From Corallochytrium limacisporum Hawaii (Eukaryota; Protista; Pluriformea), in assembly GCA_002811645.1 (NCBI GenBank), contig PDIP01000031.1, forward strand, positions 143,497-200,519: a DNA stretch of 57,023 nucleotides, given 5' to 3'. The notes below the pieces were generated by a model that saw only the letters and a program-made list of their open reading frames with translations, had not been told where the DNA came from and ran no database searches. The position numbers were made by a program, and so were the translations under genes. This document shows, piece by piece, positions 30,101 to 38,619 of this stretch. Position 1 is the stretch's first letter, and each line of letters opens with the position of its first letter.

Positions 30101-32662
30101 ATTCCTGCTTCCAAACAGTCCTGCAATGAGCAAGAGAGCCCGCACCTTGTCTGCACTAAGATTCAAAAGCAAACCATCCGTCCTTACCCGCAACCGGAAT
30201 TGTGTAAATGTTAAATTTTCCGGTTCAATACATTTTGACAAGTACAGGGTCAAGGTCATTGGTTTGAACAAAGCCCATTTTGAGTGTACACTGTCCTGCA
30301 GAGTCTTTCTCCAGTCAAGCTTACCACCGACTAGCACTGCACTTACATCTGATATTGTCACCTCAAAGTGATCGTACATCTTTTGCTTCGCCCGTTCCCG
30401 AATGTCCTCCTCTGCGTCGACTTCAAAGACTGCTTCTTCATCGTTGAGGTCCATAAGGGTAGAACGTCCCTTCTGGGTCTCCTGCAGATGCGTAACAATT
30501 CTCAGGCGACCTGGGTCGAATGCAAGTGTCTTATTGTCCTGTTCGTGGTGAACATAGATCGTTGGTGCATGCATGTCCACATCCACATCAATCTGTTTGT
30601 GTTCTTGGATCAATGTCGACAAGCCGGCTGCCGTCTGATTGCGGAGCTCTGTCATTCTGATTGATGCCGCCCTCTGCAGGTTCTGGAGCTCTACATCCAC
30701 AGGTGTGCGGAAGAACGACCCAAGACCAGCCAACAGTGTCGGCTCCGCATTGACTTCACAGGGAAGCAACCGTAATTTCACAGCGTAGGCCGCAACTGAA
30801 TCCATTGGGCTCAGGGTGAACCCGGCTGAAAAAAATTGCTCAACCCTCTGCTCTGCGGAAGCCATACGCTGCTCCAAGATGTTCTTGCTCGCATGACCAA
30901 GAGTCATTTTTTGGATTCCAACCTTGACGCTGAAAGTTGATGAACCTGGCTGCTCCTGGAGAACGATCTTAGTCTCTTTTGCTGACATGGACAAGAGCTC
31001 GTATGCTTGTCCATCAGTATCGAATTGACTCAATTTCATGCGCACGTTAAATTCTTCTAGTTCTGCCACCAGTACTGCGCGCACATAGCCCTTGGGGAAA
31101 GCACTAGGAGTCGCCAGGAGCACATGGTCTTGTTCCAGTTGCTCATAGAGAGCATGCTTCTCTTCTTCCGACATTTGGTCAAATAGACCACCTTTGGATT
31201 CGAGGTCAGTGTCCGTATCTTTCTTAACGGGTGCAGAAGAACCACCGAAGCCTAGCCAGGATGCCCAACTGTTGTTTGCCTGGTCAGCAGCTTCCTTTTT
31301 CTTTGCGGCCTCAACCGGATCCCATCCTTCTTTCATAGCATGAAGCCGTGCCATATGCCGGAACAGAATGGTAGACTCCACTGAGATCTCTGCTTCGATT
31401 TCCCGCACTTCCTGAGTGTCCCGCAAGGTCAGTCCGTCGTTCATGAGGTGGCTCTTCCACAGGGTCACGTACCGCCTTCGATACTTGCAGGCCTCCAGGA
31501 TGAACTTTTGCACAGAATGGCTTGAGTCTTGTTGGAGATCATCGCAAATACAATCAAAAGCATACTGCCACTTAACCCGAGGCGGTGCTGTGCGGAGGTT
31601 GTCAGGTCTATGTTTGCGGTACTTGACCACTTGCTGCATCTGTCCGTAGCGACTGGCCAAATCCATGACACTTTGGTATTGGCTATCGAAGAGCTCCGTC
31701 GTCAGTTTGTTGAGCTTGATCTGGATTTGAACCCGTGCCATATCCTCCTTACGGCTCACCATGGCGTTCTTCTTGAACTTCAGCCTGGCATTGGTAGTAA
31801 ACGGCCGCAGAATGTACATGTGGCTCGTGTCATCCGGATTTCGTGATATCAAGTTCTTCATGCGCTGATTGATCACTGACCCGGCATTAGCCCCACGGAG
31901 ACCTACCAGGTGCTCTGCATCCGTGTCCATGTAGATACTTACGCCCTGGATATCAATCAGTTTGTGCACTATGGCCACATGACTGACCAGAGACGGCTGC
32001 CATTTCTCGTTGGCACTCTGGAAGTGTAATCCATGCAAAGTGACACCAAACGCATAGTCACATGTCTCCTTGGTGGCAACCTCATCGCCCACAGTGGTCA
32101 CAATCATGGAGTTGTCCCCGGTAAGACTCTGAGCGTTCTGCTGCGCCTCGTAGCGAATATGAACCTTGGAAATGTGCAGTTGGAGATTGTCAACAATAGT
32201 AGTTGTCAGACTTGCTGCCAAGCCAGTGGTTTTCTTCTGATCAGAACCTTCCTTCTGATCTTGCTCTTCCTTTTGAGCTTGTTCAAACTCTTTCCGCTTG
32301 CGCTCCAGTCGGTCCAGGATTGCCCTCTTGGCATTGATTTCATGCTGATGTCGAGTCTCTGCATCGTAAGGACCTTCACCTGGCACCGCAGGTTTAGCCA
32401 GTAGGAAGACGTCCTCGATGTCAGCAACGACTGGCTCTTGGAAAATATTTCTCCATGGGATCTTCAACACAATCTTGCCGATCCGTCCATAGTGCAAGTC
32501 GAACGGCAGATCAAGGCTTTCCAATACTGTGTTCTCGATCACAAGGTCTTTCAATTCGACATTTCCCGCCCAAAGAGCAACCTTCAGCTTGTCTCTGCTT
32601 AGGTTCTGTACATATTTCGACAGATATGTCGATAAGAGATCGTACACGATACCCTCAAACAT
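21155..32662 (-). CDS. VPS13: VPS13 bridge-like lipid transfer protein, single exon, 3835 aa
   Basis: Chorein-N start (MFEGIVYDLLSTYLSKYV, LKIPW, IVDNLQLHI), WEPVIEPW, VAB repeats (PLTITNTT, PVTIRNQLP, PIRIENR), ATG2_C glycine-rich helices (GITGVFTKPIEGA) and a C-terminal PH-like region. Confidence 0.96.
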   Translation of the reverse strand: MFEGIVYDLLSTYLSKYVQNLSRDKLKVALWAGNVELKDLVIENTVLESLDLPFDLHYGRIGKIVLKIPWRNIFQEPVVADIEDVFLLAKPAVPGEGPYDAETRHQHEINAKRAILDRLERKRKEFEQAQKEEQDQKEGSDQKKTTGLAASLTTTIVDNLQLHISKVHIRYEAQQNAQSLTGDNSMIVTTVGDEVATKETCDYAFGVTLHGLHFQSANEKWQPSLVSHVAIVHKLIDIQGVSIYMDTDAEHLVGLRGANAGSVINQRMKNLISRNPDDTSHMYILRPFTTNARLKFKKNAMVSRKEDMARVQIQIKLNKLTTELFDSQYQSVMDLASRYGQMQQVVKYRKHRPDNLRTAPPRVKWQYAFDCICDDLQQDSSHSVQKFILEACKYRRRYVTLWKSHLMNDGLTLRDTQEVREIEAEISVESTILFRHMARLHAMKEGWDPVEAAKKKEAADQANNSWASWLGFGGSSAPVKKDTDTDLESKGGLFDQMSEEEKHALYEQLEQDHVLLATPSAFPKGYVRAVLVAELEEFNVRMKLSQFDTDGQAYELLSMSAKETKIVLQEQPGSSTFSVKVGIQKMTLGHASKNILEQRMASAEQRVEQFFSAGFTLSPMDSVAAYAVKLRLLPCEVNAEPTLLAGLGSFFRTPVDVELQNLQRAASIRMTELRNQTAAGLSTLIQEHKQIDVDVDMHAPTIYVHHEQDNKTLAFDPGRLRIVTHLQETQKGRSTLMDLNDEEAVFEVDAEEDIRERAKQKMYDHFEVTISDVSAVLVGGKLDWRKTLQDSVHSKWALFKPMTLTLYLSKCIEPENLTFTQFRLRVRTDGLLLNLSADKVRALLLIAGLFGSRNEDGQETQEPPTPKALPAPEPQTLQLGRESVYYDADAGFDLSGPTRASRVNDAAFVEGMFEDLEKSTALRESESYDLFYDAQSQSAKNFRQAELELEIKEISLHLKTSSLDTHNLTELSLRNINLQVDHRSFTSKVVMRMRALTVVDASKQTGSPLRVFLQAGAELDSASVDEDDEFQDAVEDPMKLDTDMSGESLIDVVVDYTVADAPTDLLEAADHINLNVATSVGDINANVNPQFASDLLGWLNSLQLGSGSPKEGKPRTVQPGADRDTEESEEEHQSGMNMRLDAHLHSAAVNLMDPEAHEVAQVGIGALNLSAHMMKKSSAYTLDLGRIYMTARESASRGSVEHELVSAEDDQGEIIKLEYSVKDGSRPRVLIQTRKVHVVYNAPLFDRIIAYSEYSAETSSLVTAASASAAETARESYNQMKEESQVKRDPLPFVDVDIVAPLIILPGSLDERAIAIDLGRLSMDNGVGTPYDEVGGRSPREEDVKWDHLVTHIQDVRVLVVNYSPKNSEVETVASLLGQVESAEGNTGIRASSTKLGKVKPNTYSTTINFWRMQETYGLHRQLHSADPVTPENVSSRFATSQLRVQAPAMHLSLSTDTSKVFNSVIKKLHQADQQKQALSVASQEIRKTRESVRASKEASSTQGSSATAERSSTVKLGDSYSADIKLDGLVLVLILTEYAEVYVSALDVHVAGFYGPAVTAGEVAIGNIELYDTGRRQTYCTAAKQIQAAPSGAAGTTQEEECVVRAKMHLDEDEQIYDLDVAELKLAANPGIISQLGNFMIESKIYELDDEDLEPSEHSEATASTDVAPMTSDGVEGSDDDSEFSDAWELDSIQNGPENDQDPSAPLPPEKRIYYSLRVKGLELGLSSVTMDGEENRLVLAIDVDAFYRKMGTSEAIASIHFGRFVSFADEVSYENDISGVYTDHSEIEEKYVLLDATPLLGTLKVKGKDEDIEVNLGRIKGGIGHRLFTVLMTTYNSYLTVVNALTIKDREKQAQQPWRVFDEKPKNQLDLPVPWYMSGSDQNAARTLNLARIAQDNAGTLPDDDEVSEMRKTGSVTSLNPKKRREIVSETLHEHGGIRNTIKENRRRRKGEAEEKSVGVDPAGYHRPVDQKGKQKKQRRHNARRDRGAMISFGSKQFVDDETMDTGDEDEVPATTDGETDQGTNSEDEDSNVEEDVEEVDDEIKDVVEQKPGQHAVFTIDSANFVLFDDLVLDKPFPFFHMALSMTAEAHDWYTALKGKSRFELSASSFSFASSAWEPVIEPWVLLSFFSFKLPSEAGVTEELLNSKPGTAGGALRELHRVGSQASSVVGASIVTDREEGMTKKPSGGLRFSLTSRHRLEIIVTTSLIGLLTAINSLWQLPEANSHDQEDDTALTQTQGPLSKDLGRLTIREESNEEVELASRRQERKSDVMESERISLTRAGPGPNSGQIVDDDDLGSVSPFSVVNHTGRDVHICHGSEFHGNDAILLQYRQRYNLPHLKKHRKDKIGEEEDEEGPQYNLDEPEQITRRISFMVDGFSTIFPDIDVLTVGSRKYDITPSRHGRTMQIMVSVRIRRGFKIATISSPLTITNTTGRTIEVGYVIGEGANREVRPLHEMMHSTSIGVPLLVAYERPLVFRPVDDGGVDFSEEALRRRSSYREIHIRRAARSRSGSRSRSRSRGPPGNPNGLKEKDWLKAFRQGYNAPTWEHDGIWSWHFCEDEIKWPMIGTKKQLRYLLCPIDKVRSTPSGPDPVTGEMKGHLQSPVGIYVSYRKRKYLSAMAQVTASIGKKESDTTEIKTSGLINALSQEEEFSGPDWRIELHAPVTIRNQLPVPLRTDIVEALDKIAQGKVSYGSGIEKPKSHIDMTDDEFRDSGMDVNVKAMKYFKPAESQPVYNVVQGKEVDIVLAIDGLRAKNKGRSPLLAASPTSTSRAFRSSHLTQTLNFVDRHGHIMAVTIKRTLLSEQDYDDWEESIRMGKAPILSRMVVDVYVPYLFVNQTGMALRVRQADEHVFREGARPQGQDSRKHHPLMFNFYREKKREKLHKRSSDDDASGLVAVSGFDGKNLDFSHEAQISLTDSDWSPGFNLDARNTTGELIVKHPDKRREFEVTISIKPNPGFGLTTMIIVRPRFIFRNATRHDMRILTSAGQSTRNWDAFEEREAKKLAQERAGVNYIRDFARDGGDVKGVLYPSNRGSETPPKLSSKKSVGFFWPKKEMNPETRTLFLSVGVLDGSCSSPFSIDQPRNFSLRLYKSADRTDYLLCWIEIVVEEGSSIIVIHESSRLQPIRIENRCKNRSITVFQLDLRNDKRSHTRIPAGHTAAYALQFPKKFAQLGWYPAGGSESNIMTMQLEKVAKRQHNIPGLGRFAVLSFPDGLTNVVVFTDLSSVVKTVVQNVGSGSHRDELKDPDYIMEVNLAGMGVSLVHTGGSTTVPREVAYFSANVLTAAYTADAHGSQIVASLASIELDDQDFEAPITDMITPTAFRYQDPEAAEQEFQPAIQISLARSTGAGGVFSYYRHVSVLVQPIDIRLTDAFLINVLGALLVLSSAANTDLRAKYDRELFTLNATLANSGGPEDDIAQRTYFELIRLNPMRFNVSFQLVGGDSKGSRLQRFMDNVGDILVNLEDVEIDLNSLELHNLYVTQATLINHVNDHMYQQMVGQMYRILGCLNLLGSPVQWFHGVSDGVKDFFFEPIDGVLNGDANLIKHVGKGASALYRGMFGGTAASLGKISGTFGTGLATLAMDDEFKASRTKTMARKPQNTYEGMGRGGAAFAKGTFEGITGVFTKPIEGAASEGATGFIKGIGRGMAGLIAKPLTGLSDLTTATLQGIAASDKDNLRNRIRPPAFIEADGIVRLYDPYMSLGNYKLKTINNFKYLEHQLIGYVQAVDRQKKENRFCFFTDSAFIVFQTRMDSYAIANRHLLEFAMATEGVVVHYNHHSKRRRVLIPCDNRRTCEDIISLGQGIIEVSDSVFQQNHAVTGAGKGKEPAQQ

Positions 32663-32859
32663 GATTGGGGGGTTTCAAACAGATCTCTGTCAACAGTCTA
32701 TCCATCCATCAAATGTCTCATCATTACTTCAACATAGAGTGGCTCAAATATTCTATGTTTTCACATAATAAACCAAATTTCATTCACATTATCAATCCAT
32801 CCGTCAATGATCCCAAATACCCTCTATGAGTCGTCAGTTCTGGCGCCCACCACCTCCCC

Positions 32860-32890
32860 GGGGGAACGGGGAAGGGTGGGGAAGCCGGGG
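32860..32890 (+). promoter_or_regulatory. Putative G-quadruplex in the VPS13 upstream region
   Basis: G5-AAC-G4-AA-G3-T-G4-AAGCC-G4, 198 bp upstream of the VPS13 ATG. Confidence 0.45.
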
Positions 32891-33766
32891 CCAAGAGAGC
32901 CGCCCAGTCAATCGGTGGACCGCCCGCTTCCGACCTCCCCCTTCCAACTCATTGACCTTCAGAGAACTCGATTGGAGACGGGACTCAACCCCTAATATTC
33001 CGCTATGTTCCAGGGGTCAGGGAGGGATTGCATGCAAATTGGGGGCGGCGTTTTCAGTCCTTCTCTGGAATAGAAGGCAAAATGTGTCCACGTTCTGCTG
33101 TTATCTTGATTCGCTGAGGATCTTTGCTTTGAATTCGGCCAGGCGTCTGATACCTAAGCAGAGAAATTTTACGTATGAGAGAGCACCGAACGGCGTGCAG
33201 TCTCGAAAGGGAACACCTGTGCCCCGGTGGATTTCACCACAATCGGGCTCTATTTCATTTTCACTTCACGCTTTGTCCCGATCCGTTGGCCCAGCGGTAT
33301 ATCGGGAGATGACTCCCGCTATCAACTGCTGAGAAACGTTGTAAAACAGCCAGTATAGAGTGGCACACTGGCTTGTATGCCCGAAGTACGACGCACACCC
33401 AGGGCGAAACAGGGAGGCTCCCAGCCGCTCCCGGCACCCTCCGTAGAACAAAGGAGAAAACACACCGCGGTGCTCCCAGTTCTGGGCTTTCCCTGGCCGT
33501 CCGGTCTCGCGCGCCCCCCGGTGCCGGGCCGATCCATTCTAACTTCCGCAGATTAGCATAGTGGTTTTCGTGTGCGGCCACGTTCCCAGTACAGGGAGGG
33601 GTGCCAGATCAGCGCAAAAAATATATATATAGCAAATGTATTCGTTGGAGAACCTGAGCCGTGCGGATCAATATTACACAGTGATTGTAAAAGTAGCGCC
33701 GCCCACCAACAGTGCGCACGGTATCTCGAATTTTCAACCTGAGATGGTATCACCTGGCGTGACCAT

Positions 33767-36574
33767 TCACTGCTCTGTCTGGGCATCCAGCGCATGCCGG
33801 CCGTACACAAAGTCCAACAGTTTGGCTTCTTGTTGAAGCCCACCGATTCGATCAAAGTGACGACGGGAGTAGACCTCGAGGGCGTCAATGAGCGGACGCA
33901 AGCTTGGGGTTTCTGTGAGTTTGGTCGGCGGATATTTCTTGAGGAGCTCAGCAATTACCACCTGTGCAATGGCACTATTACGTGCGCTGGTGTTCCAGTC
34001 ACGGCAGTATTGGAAGAGCTTGCCCATTTGCTCGTCAGGCATCTCCTTGACGAAGTTTCTTGGTATGTCCGACAAGGCGACATCAGACACACACGTGCGC
34101 AGGATAGTCAACAACCGGAACGGCCGCTCCAGGGTTAGGGCCAGCAGGGCCGCCTCCAGGTACCTCTGCTCTGCAACCAAATTAGACAACTCCTGCTCCT
34201 TCTTAGTGGCCTCTGCCATCTCTTCCTGTTCCCGTGCCGCCCTTTCGGCAGTAGTGTCCTTCCACACACGCACCCTACCATCACTGCCTGCAGTAAGTGC
34301 CAAAGTCTTGGACATGGTCTTGCCGTTATTGTCCGTGTTGTGCACTTCAAGGACATCAAGGGACCAGATGCGGTCATCGTGGGCATCCGTGGAGAACGCA
34401 GTCTCTGCAGTCTTCAAAGTGAAGACCTTCATCAGTCCATCGCTTGCCACGGTGGCAAGTTGAAGACCACTGGAAATAAATTGGGCCTTGAGCACACTGT
34501 TATTGTGGCCCTCGATGGTGCGAAGGCATTCTCGCGTACCAACTGCCCACAAACGCACGGTGCGATCACCTGACGCAGTGGCGACAACCTGATCGCTTGG
34601 ACTGAAGGCTATGTCCCAGACACCGCGACGGTGGCCGCGAAGAGTGCCAAACAGAGTGAGATCGTTCGCATTCCAGAGCTTTGCCGTCTTGTCCTGGCTG
34701 GCGGTGGCAATCAATTTGTCATTGGGAGAGATGCTTATAGCATTGATGTCTTTTTCGTGAGCAATGACAGTCCGCAGAGCAGGGACGCTGGTCACTGTCG
34801 AGCTGGCCCACTGCAACCCCAGGTTCCAAATCTTCAGACTACGATCTTGACCACCTGTGGCCATGAATGACCCAGTCTTGGGTGCCACGGATACGGCGGC
34901 TACCGCTGCAGAATGGCCTTTGGCCACTCCGATGTGAGATATGAAAATATGTCCTCCAGCTGCCTGACCAGACTTGCGGTGCCTCTGCTTCTGTTTTATC
35001 TTTTCAGTCACGGCAAAATGGTAGACATTTACGAGGCAGTCCTTGCCTCCGCTGACTACCATTCCGGTCGGACGGTGCACATCAAGACAGAGAGGCATTT
35101 CTGTGTGACCGAAGAGAACCTCCGTGTGCAGATCATGCCGACCTATGACGTGCAATTCGTTCGTGTTGCTGGCCACCACAATATGGTCGCCGTTACGATC
35201 CAAGAAGCGGGCATCGACAACCTCGTCGAACTGACCCGTGACCTTCAGCGAGATCTCCAGGCTTTGAAGACTACGGGACACCAGGTTCTGAAACATGGAC
35301 ACCGTGATGAATTCATAGTCACTGAGGTCTTCAGATTCTTCCTCTCCGTTGTCCACAGCTCGGAGACAGTACGGGTAGCGACTGGGCAAGACAATACGTT
35401 CATAGCCAACAATCTCGTTGTCCGCCGTCCTTGCGGCGTCAACAAGAGGTTTCTCTGCAAGAACTGCCCGCCGACGACGGGCATCCCAGAGTTTCATCCG
35501 TCCTCTGTGCCCGACAGTCACAAAGAATAGATCACTGTTGACGTCGGTGGAAGCGTATGTCTTGTCTAGAACTTCAAGATCTCCACTAACCAAAGGCAAA
35601 GGACTGGTAGCTCCGTGGTTGTCCTTTTCTGTGTCACCCTCGTCCATGTCATCTTTCCCATTTGATGGATTTTCTTCCGCTATCAACCGGCTTTCTTCAT
35701 CAATGAGCGAATCCAACGTCCAGTACACGGGCAGGAAGAAAGCGTCCTCCAATGGTTCCAGTGCCGCAATGCTATCCTTGTGTCCATAGTCTGATTCCAG
35801 CTCCCAAAAGTGGACCAACTGATCGCGACCTGCGCTCAACAAGACTGCGCCATCTGAGGTGTAGCTTAGGGATGTGATAGTACTTACGTGCTGGTGGACG
35901 TGACGCAATGGTTTCGATGCTTCCAAATCAAAGACTGCCATCTGACCATCACCGTTGCCAGCAGCCAAGTGGAAAACCTCGGGTAGAGCGTGAAAGGTCA
36001 ACGCCGTCACAGGACTACCCTGTAGGTGCTTGAAATTGTGTGTTGCAAAGAACCCCTGCAGATCCCACACCCGAACCTCACCGTCTCCCGAACCCGTGGC
36101 CATGAGATGACATTTTGGATTCGCAACCATGGTCACTACTGGGGTCTGATGTGCCCGGAACGCCCTTGTCTCGTTTGCAGTGAGAACGCTATAGGTCACG
36201 ACTTCTATATCGTCGTCGGCAGGTACGTCTGTGACGGTGGGCTCTTCCACAATCTGCCAAACTCGCACTTGCAAGGACCGTGAGGCAGTAATCATGAATT
36301 CTGGAACTCTTTCGAAGGACGAAGAACTCACCGGTCCGAACAGTATTGATGTGAAAACCTCACCATCTCCCGGAATAGTACACACAACCTTGGCCACGTG
36401 TAAATCAAGAATCTTAATCGTGTCCTCGCAGTTCATCCCGAGATATCTTCCGGTTGCATCCAGGGTGATCGGTCCACCTGTATAATATGCTTCAAGTTGA
36501 TTCTCCAAAGAAAGGTCCGAAAGGAGCCGAAGCACCTCACCGGTGCCTGGTGCTCTCTGTGTCCCGGACACCAT
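33767..36574 (-). CDS. TBL3: U3 snoRNP/SSU processome WD40 protein UTP13 (TBL3)
   Basis: YYTGGPI start motif, tandem WD repeats (AHEKDINAISISPNDKLIATASQDKTAKLW, GHRRGVW), and a Utp13 C-terminal domain (RDWNTSAR, YSRRHFDRI). Confidence 0.96.
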   Translation of the reverse strand: MVSGTQRAPGTGEVLRLLSDLSLENQLEAYYTGGPITLDATGRYLGMNCEDTIKILDLHVAKVVCTIPGDGEVFTSILFGPVSSSSFERVPEFMITASRSLQVRVWQIVEEPTVTDVPADDDIEVVTYSVLTANETRAFRAHQTPVVTMVANPKCHLMATGSGDGEVRVWDLQGFFATHNFKHLQGSPVTALTFHALPEVFHLAAGNGDGQMAVFDLEASKPLRHVHQHVSTITSLSYTSDGAVLLSAGRDQLVHFWELESDYGHKDSIAALEPLEDAFFLPVYWTLDSLIDEESRLIAEENPSNGKDDMDEGDTEKDNHGATSPLPLVSGDLEVLDKTYASTDVNSDLFFVTVGHRGRMKLWDARRRRAVLAEKPLVDAARTADNEIVGYERIVLPSRYPYCLRAVDNGEEESEDLSDYEFITVSMFQNLVSRSLQSLEISLKVTGQFDEVVDARFLDRNGDHIVVASNTNELHVIGRHDLHTEVLFGHTEMPLCLDVHRPTGMVVSGGKDCLVNVYHFAVTEKIKQKQRHRKSGQAAGGHIFISHIGVAKGHSAAVAAVSVAPKTGSFMATGGQDRSLKIWNLGLQWASSTVTSVPALRTVIAHEKDINAISISPNDKLIATASQDKTAKLWNANDLTLFGTLRGHRRGVWDIAFSPSDQVVATASGDRTVRLWAVGTRECLRTIEGHNNSVLKAQFISSGLQLATVASDGLMKVFTLKTAETAFSTDAHDDRIWSLDVLEVHNTDNNGKTMSKTLALTAGSDGRVRVWKDTTAERAAREQEEMAEATKKEQELSNLVAEQRYLEAALLALTLERPFRLLTILRTCVSDVALSDIPRNFVKEMPDEQMGKLFQYCRDWNTSARNSAIAQVVIAELLKKYPPTKLTETPSLRPLIDALEVYSRRHFDRIGGLQQEAKLLDFVYGRHALDAQTEQ

Positions 36575-37156
36575 GGCGTAGGTCAGCTATTGAATTCTGG
36601 TCTATACAAACCTTGTTATTATGGCTTCACATCTCACAAAAGTTCGTTTCCAATATTTCTAGTTTACAAGTGCTGTATTTTACAGGATGCAACATCATAG
36701 TAGATTGCTGGCCGCTTTAAGTACCACGCATCGAGCAGAAGTTGTTTGCAGCGCTCGGTTGGTGGCTCACCGGTGACCCACCTGGTCCAAAAACCCGCCA
36801 CCTCCCCCCCTCCAGTGAAAATCCGCGTGGTTTCGTCTGGGGGCCCCTTGCTCACCGTGGCTGCCGCTTCGTGTGTGAGGAGAAGTGGCCTCCGGGGGGA
36901 GCTACGCAGCTCCAAGAAAGAGAACCCGTCGCGCCCCTTCCTTTTCGGCCGGGGAAGTCGGACGTGAGGATAACCCCTGGAAATCTCAGTTCCACTGTCG
37001 TTGAAATCACTTGGTAATTGATGGTCCAGGCCAGTTTCCTCTAGCGAACATGAGTCCACTACATATCTGACAGGGACACATGAATCACATAGAATGCTTC
37101 TTACCGCCATGACTCGGATGTAACGTCAACATGCAGTAGTAGACACTGGCAAGAGA

Positions 37157-38560
37157 ATGGACGAAGAGACAATGCGCGGACCACTGCTGTTCATCTTTGG
37201 CGGGACCGGTGTTGGAAAGTCCAAGTTAGCGATCCGGTTGGCTCAGGCACTGGCCATGAAGGCAGAGGTGATCAATTGCGACAGTATGCAGGTCTATGAT
37301 GCGATGCGAATCACAACAAATCAGGCCACACAGGATGAAAAGGAGGCAGTGCCACATCACCTCCTCGGGTTTGTCAAACACGACAAAGAATACAGCGTTC
37401 TCGACTACCGCAAGGACGCAGATCGATCGGTAAGTGAAGTCCTGCTTCGAAAGAATCTACCAATTCTGTGCGGAGGTACTGGGTACTACGGCGATGCCGT
37501 GCTGTTCCACACTCTTATGAACGCAAATCAAAACCAAGAGGAAAGTTTTCGGGACCTTGAGGGAAAGTATCACTTAACTGGCAGAACTGTTGCTGATCTC
37601 TACAATGAGCTGAAAGAGGTTGATCCTGCAGCTGCAGACACAACGCATCCGAATGACGAACGAAAAATTAAGCTCGCCTTACTGTCCACACTACGCGGTG
37701 AAGGCACGAGCCACTCGGAGCGCCTGGCCGCGAAAGGCGTGGCCGGCAGAGGTGGCCTGCGATACGTGCCAGCGGCAATCCTTTGGCTTGAGTGCCAGGA
37801 CTCCGTCCTGCAGCGTCGCATAGAAATGCGGGCGGATGATATGATCACGAGAGGAATGCTGGACGAGATTAGGGAATTTCACAGGGACTTTGTTAAGGAC
37901 AAGAATGGGGACGATAACGTCGGTTTCATGCAGAACATCGGGTACAAGGAATACTTACCATACATTCAGGCCTATCCGGAACCGTGGAGTAAAGACGGAA
38001 CGTCCTCGTTGAGTGAGTCCAAGTATTACGAGGACGATACTAATATTACGCATACGGAGGCGAAGGAGCGCAAGAACCTGCTTTGGCAGTGCCGGGAACG
38101 GTACATCGTACGATCGCGGCAGTATTCAAAACGACAGTGGAAATATTTCAAGGGACAAACTATGCGCCGAGAGATCTTGGAGCAGCCGGGCTTGAACGTT
38201 TACGGCCTAGACGCCAACAAAAGCAGTGAGAAAGAATGGAGCAAGAATGTTCTGGAGCCATCTCTCGAAGTCGCTGCGGCACTCTTGCAGAATGTTACAC
38301 TCCCAGACCCACTGGATATCTCCACAGGACAGGAGTTTCGTGCGCTCTTTACCACAGCGATCGAAGGTCCTAATCGCCAGGAAATTGAGCATCTGTGCAA
38401 ACAAATCTTTGCATGTGATGTGTGCGACGGAAAACCATTCCAAGGTCTTGAACAATATGAGATTCACTTGCGGTCCAAGAAGCACCGTCATCAACTCAAA
38501 GCTTTACGCCAGCGCGATACAGAACAGACAGAGAGAATAAGCGACAATAACAACACATGA
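37157..38560 (+). CDS. TRIT1: tRNA dimethylallyl (isopentenyl) transferase, MOD5/TRIT1
   Basis: P-loop GGTGVGKS, INCDSMQVY, VPHHLLG, CGGTGYY, QNIGYKE and YSKRQ, plus a C-terminal zinc finger CDVC...HLRSKKH. Confidence 0.96.
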   Translation: MDEETMRGPLLFIFGGTGVGKSKLAIRLAQALAMKAEVINCDSMQVYDAMRITTNQATQDEKEAVPHHLLGFVKHDKEYSVLDYRKDADRSVSEVLLRKNLPILCGGTGYYGDAVLFHTLMNANQNQEESFRDLEGKYHLTGRTVADLYNELKEVDPAAADTTHPNDERKIKLALLSTLRGEGTSHSERLAAKGVAGRGGLRYVPAAILWLECQDSVLQRRIEMRADDMITRGMLDEIREFHRDFVKDKNGDDNVGFMQNIGYKEYLPYIQAYPEPWSKDGTSSLSESKYYEDDTNITHTEAKERKNLLWQCRERYIVRSRQYSKRQWKYFKGQTMRREILEQPGLNVYGLDANKSSEKEWSKNVLEPSLEVAAALLQNVTLPDPLDISTGQEFRALFTTAIEGPNRQEIEHLCKQIFACDVCDGKPFQGLEQYEIHLRSKKHRHQLKALRQRDTEQTERISDNNNT

Positions 38561-38619
38561 TTCGTAAAGAACAGTTAAAGAAAGACAGCACTATGATAAA
38601 TACGCCAAACTATCTTGCC

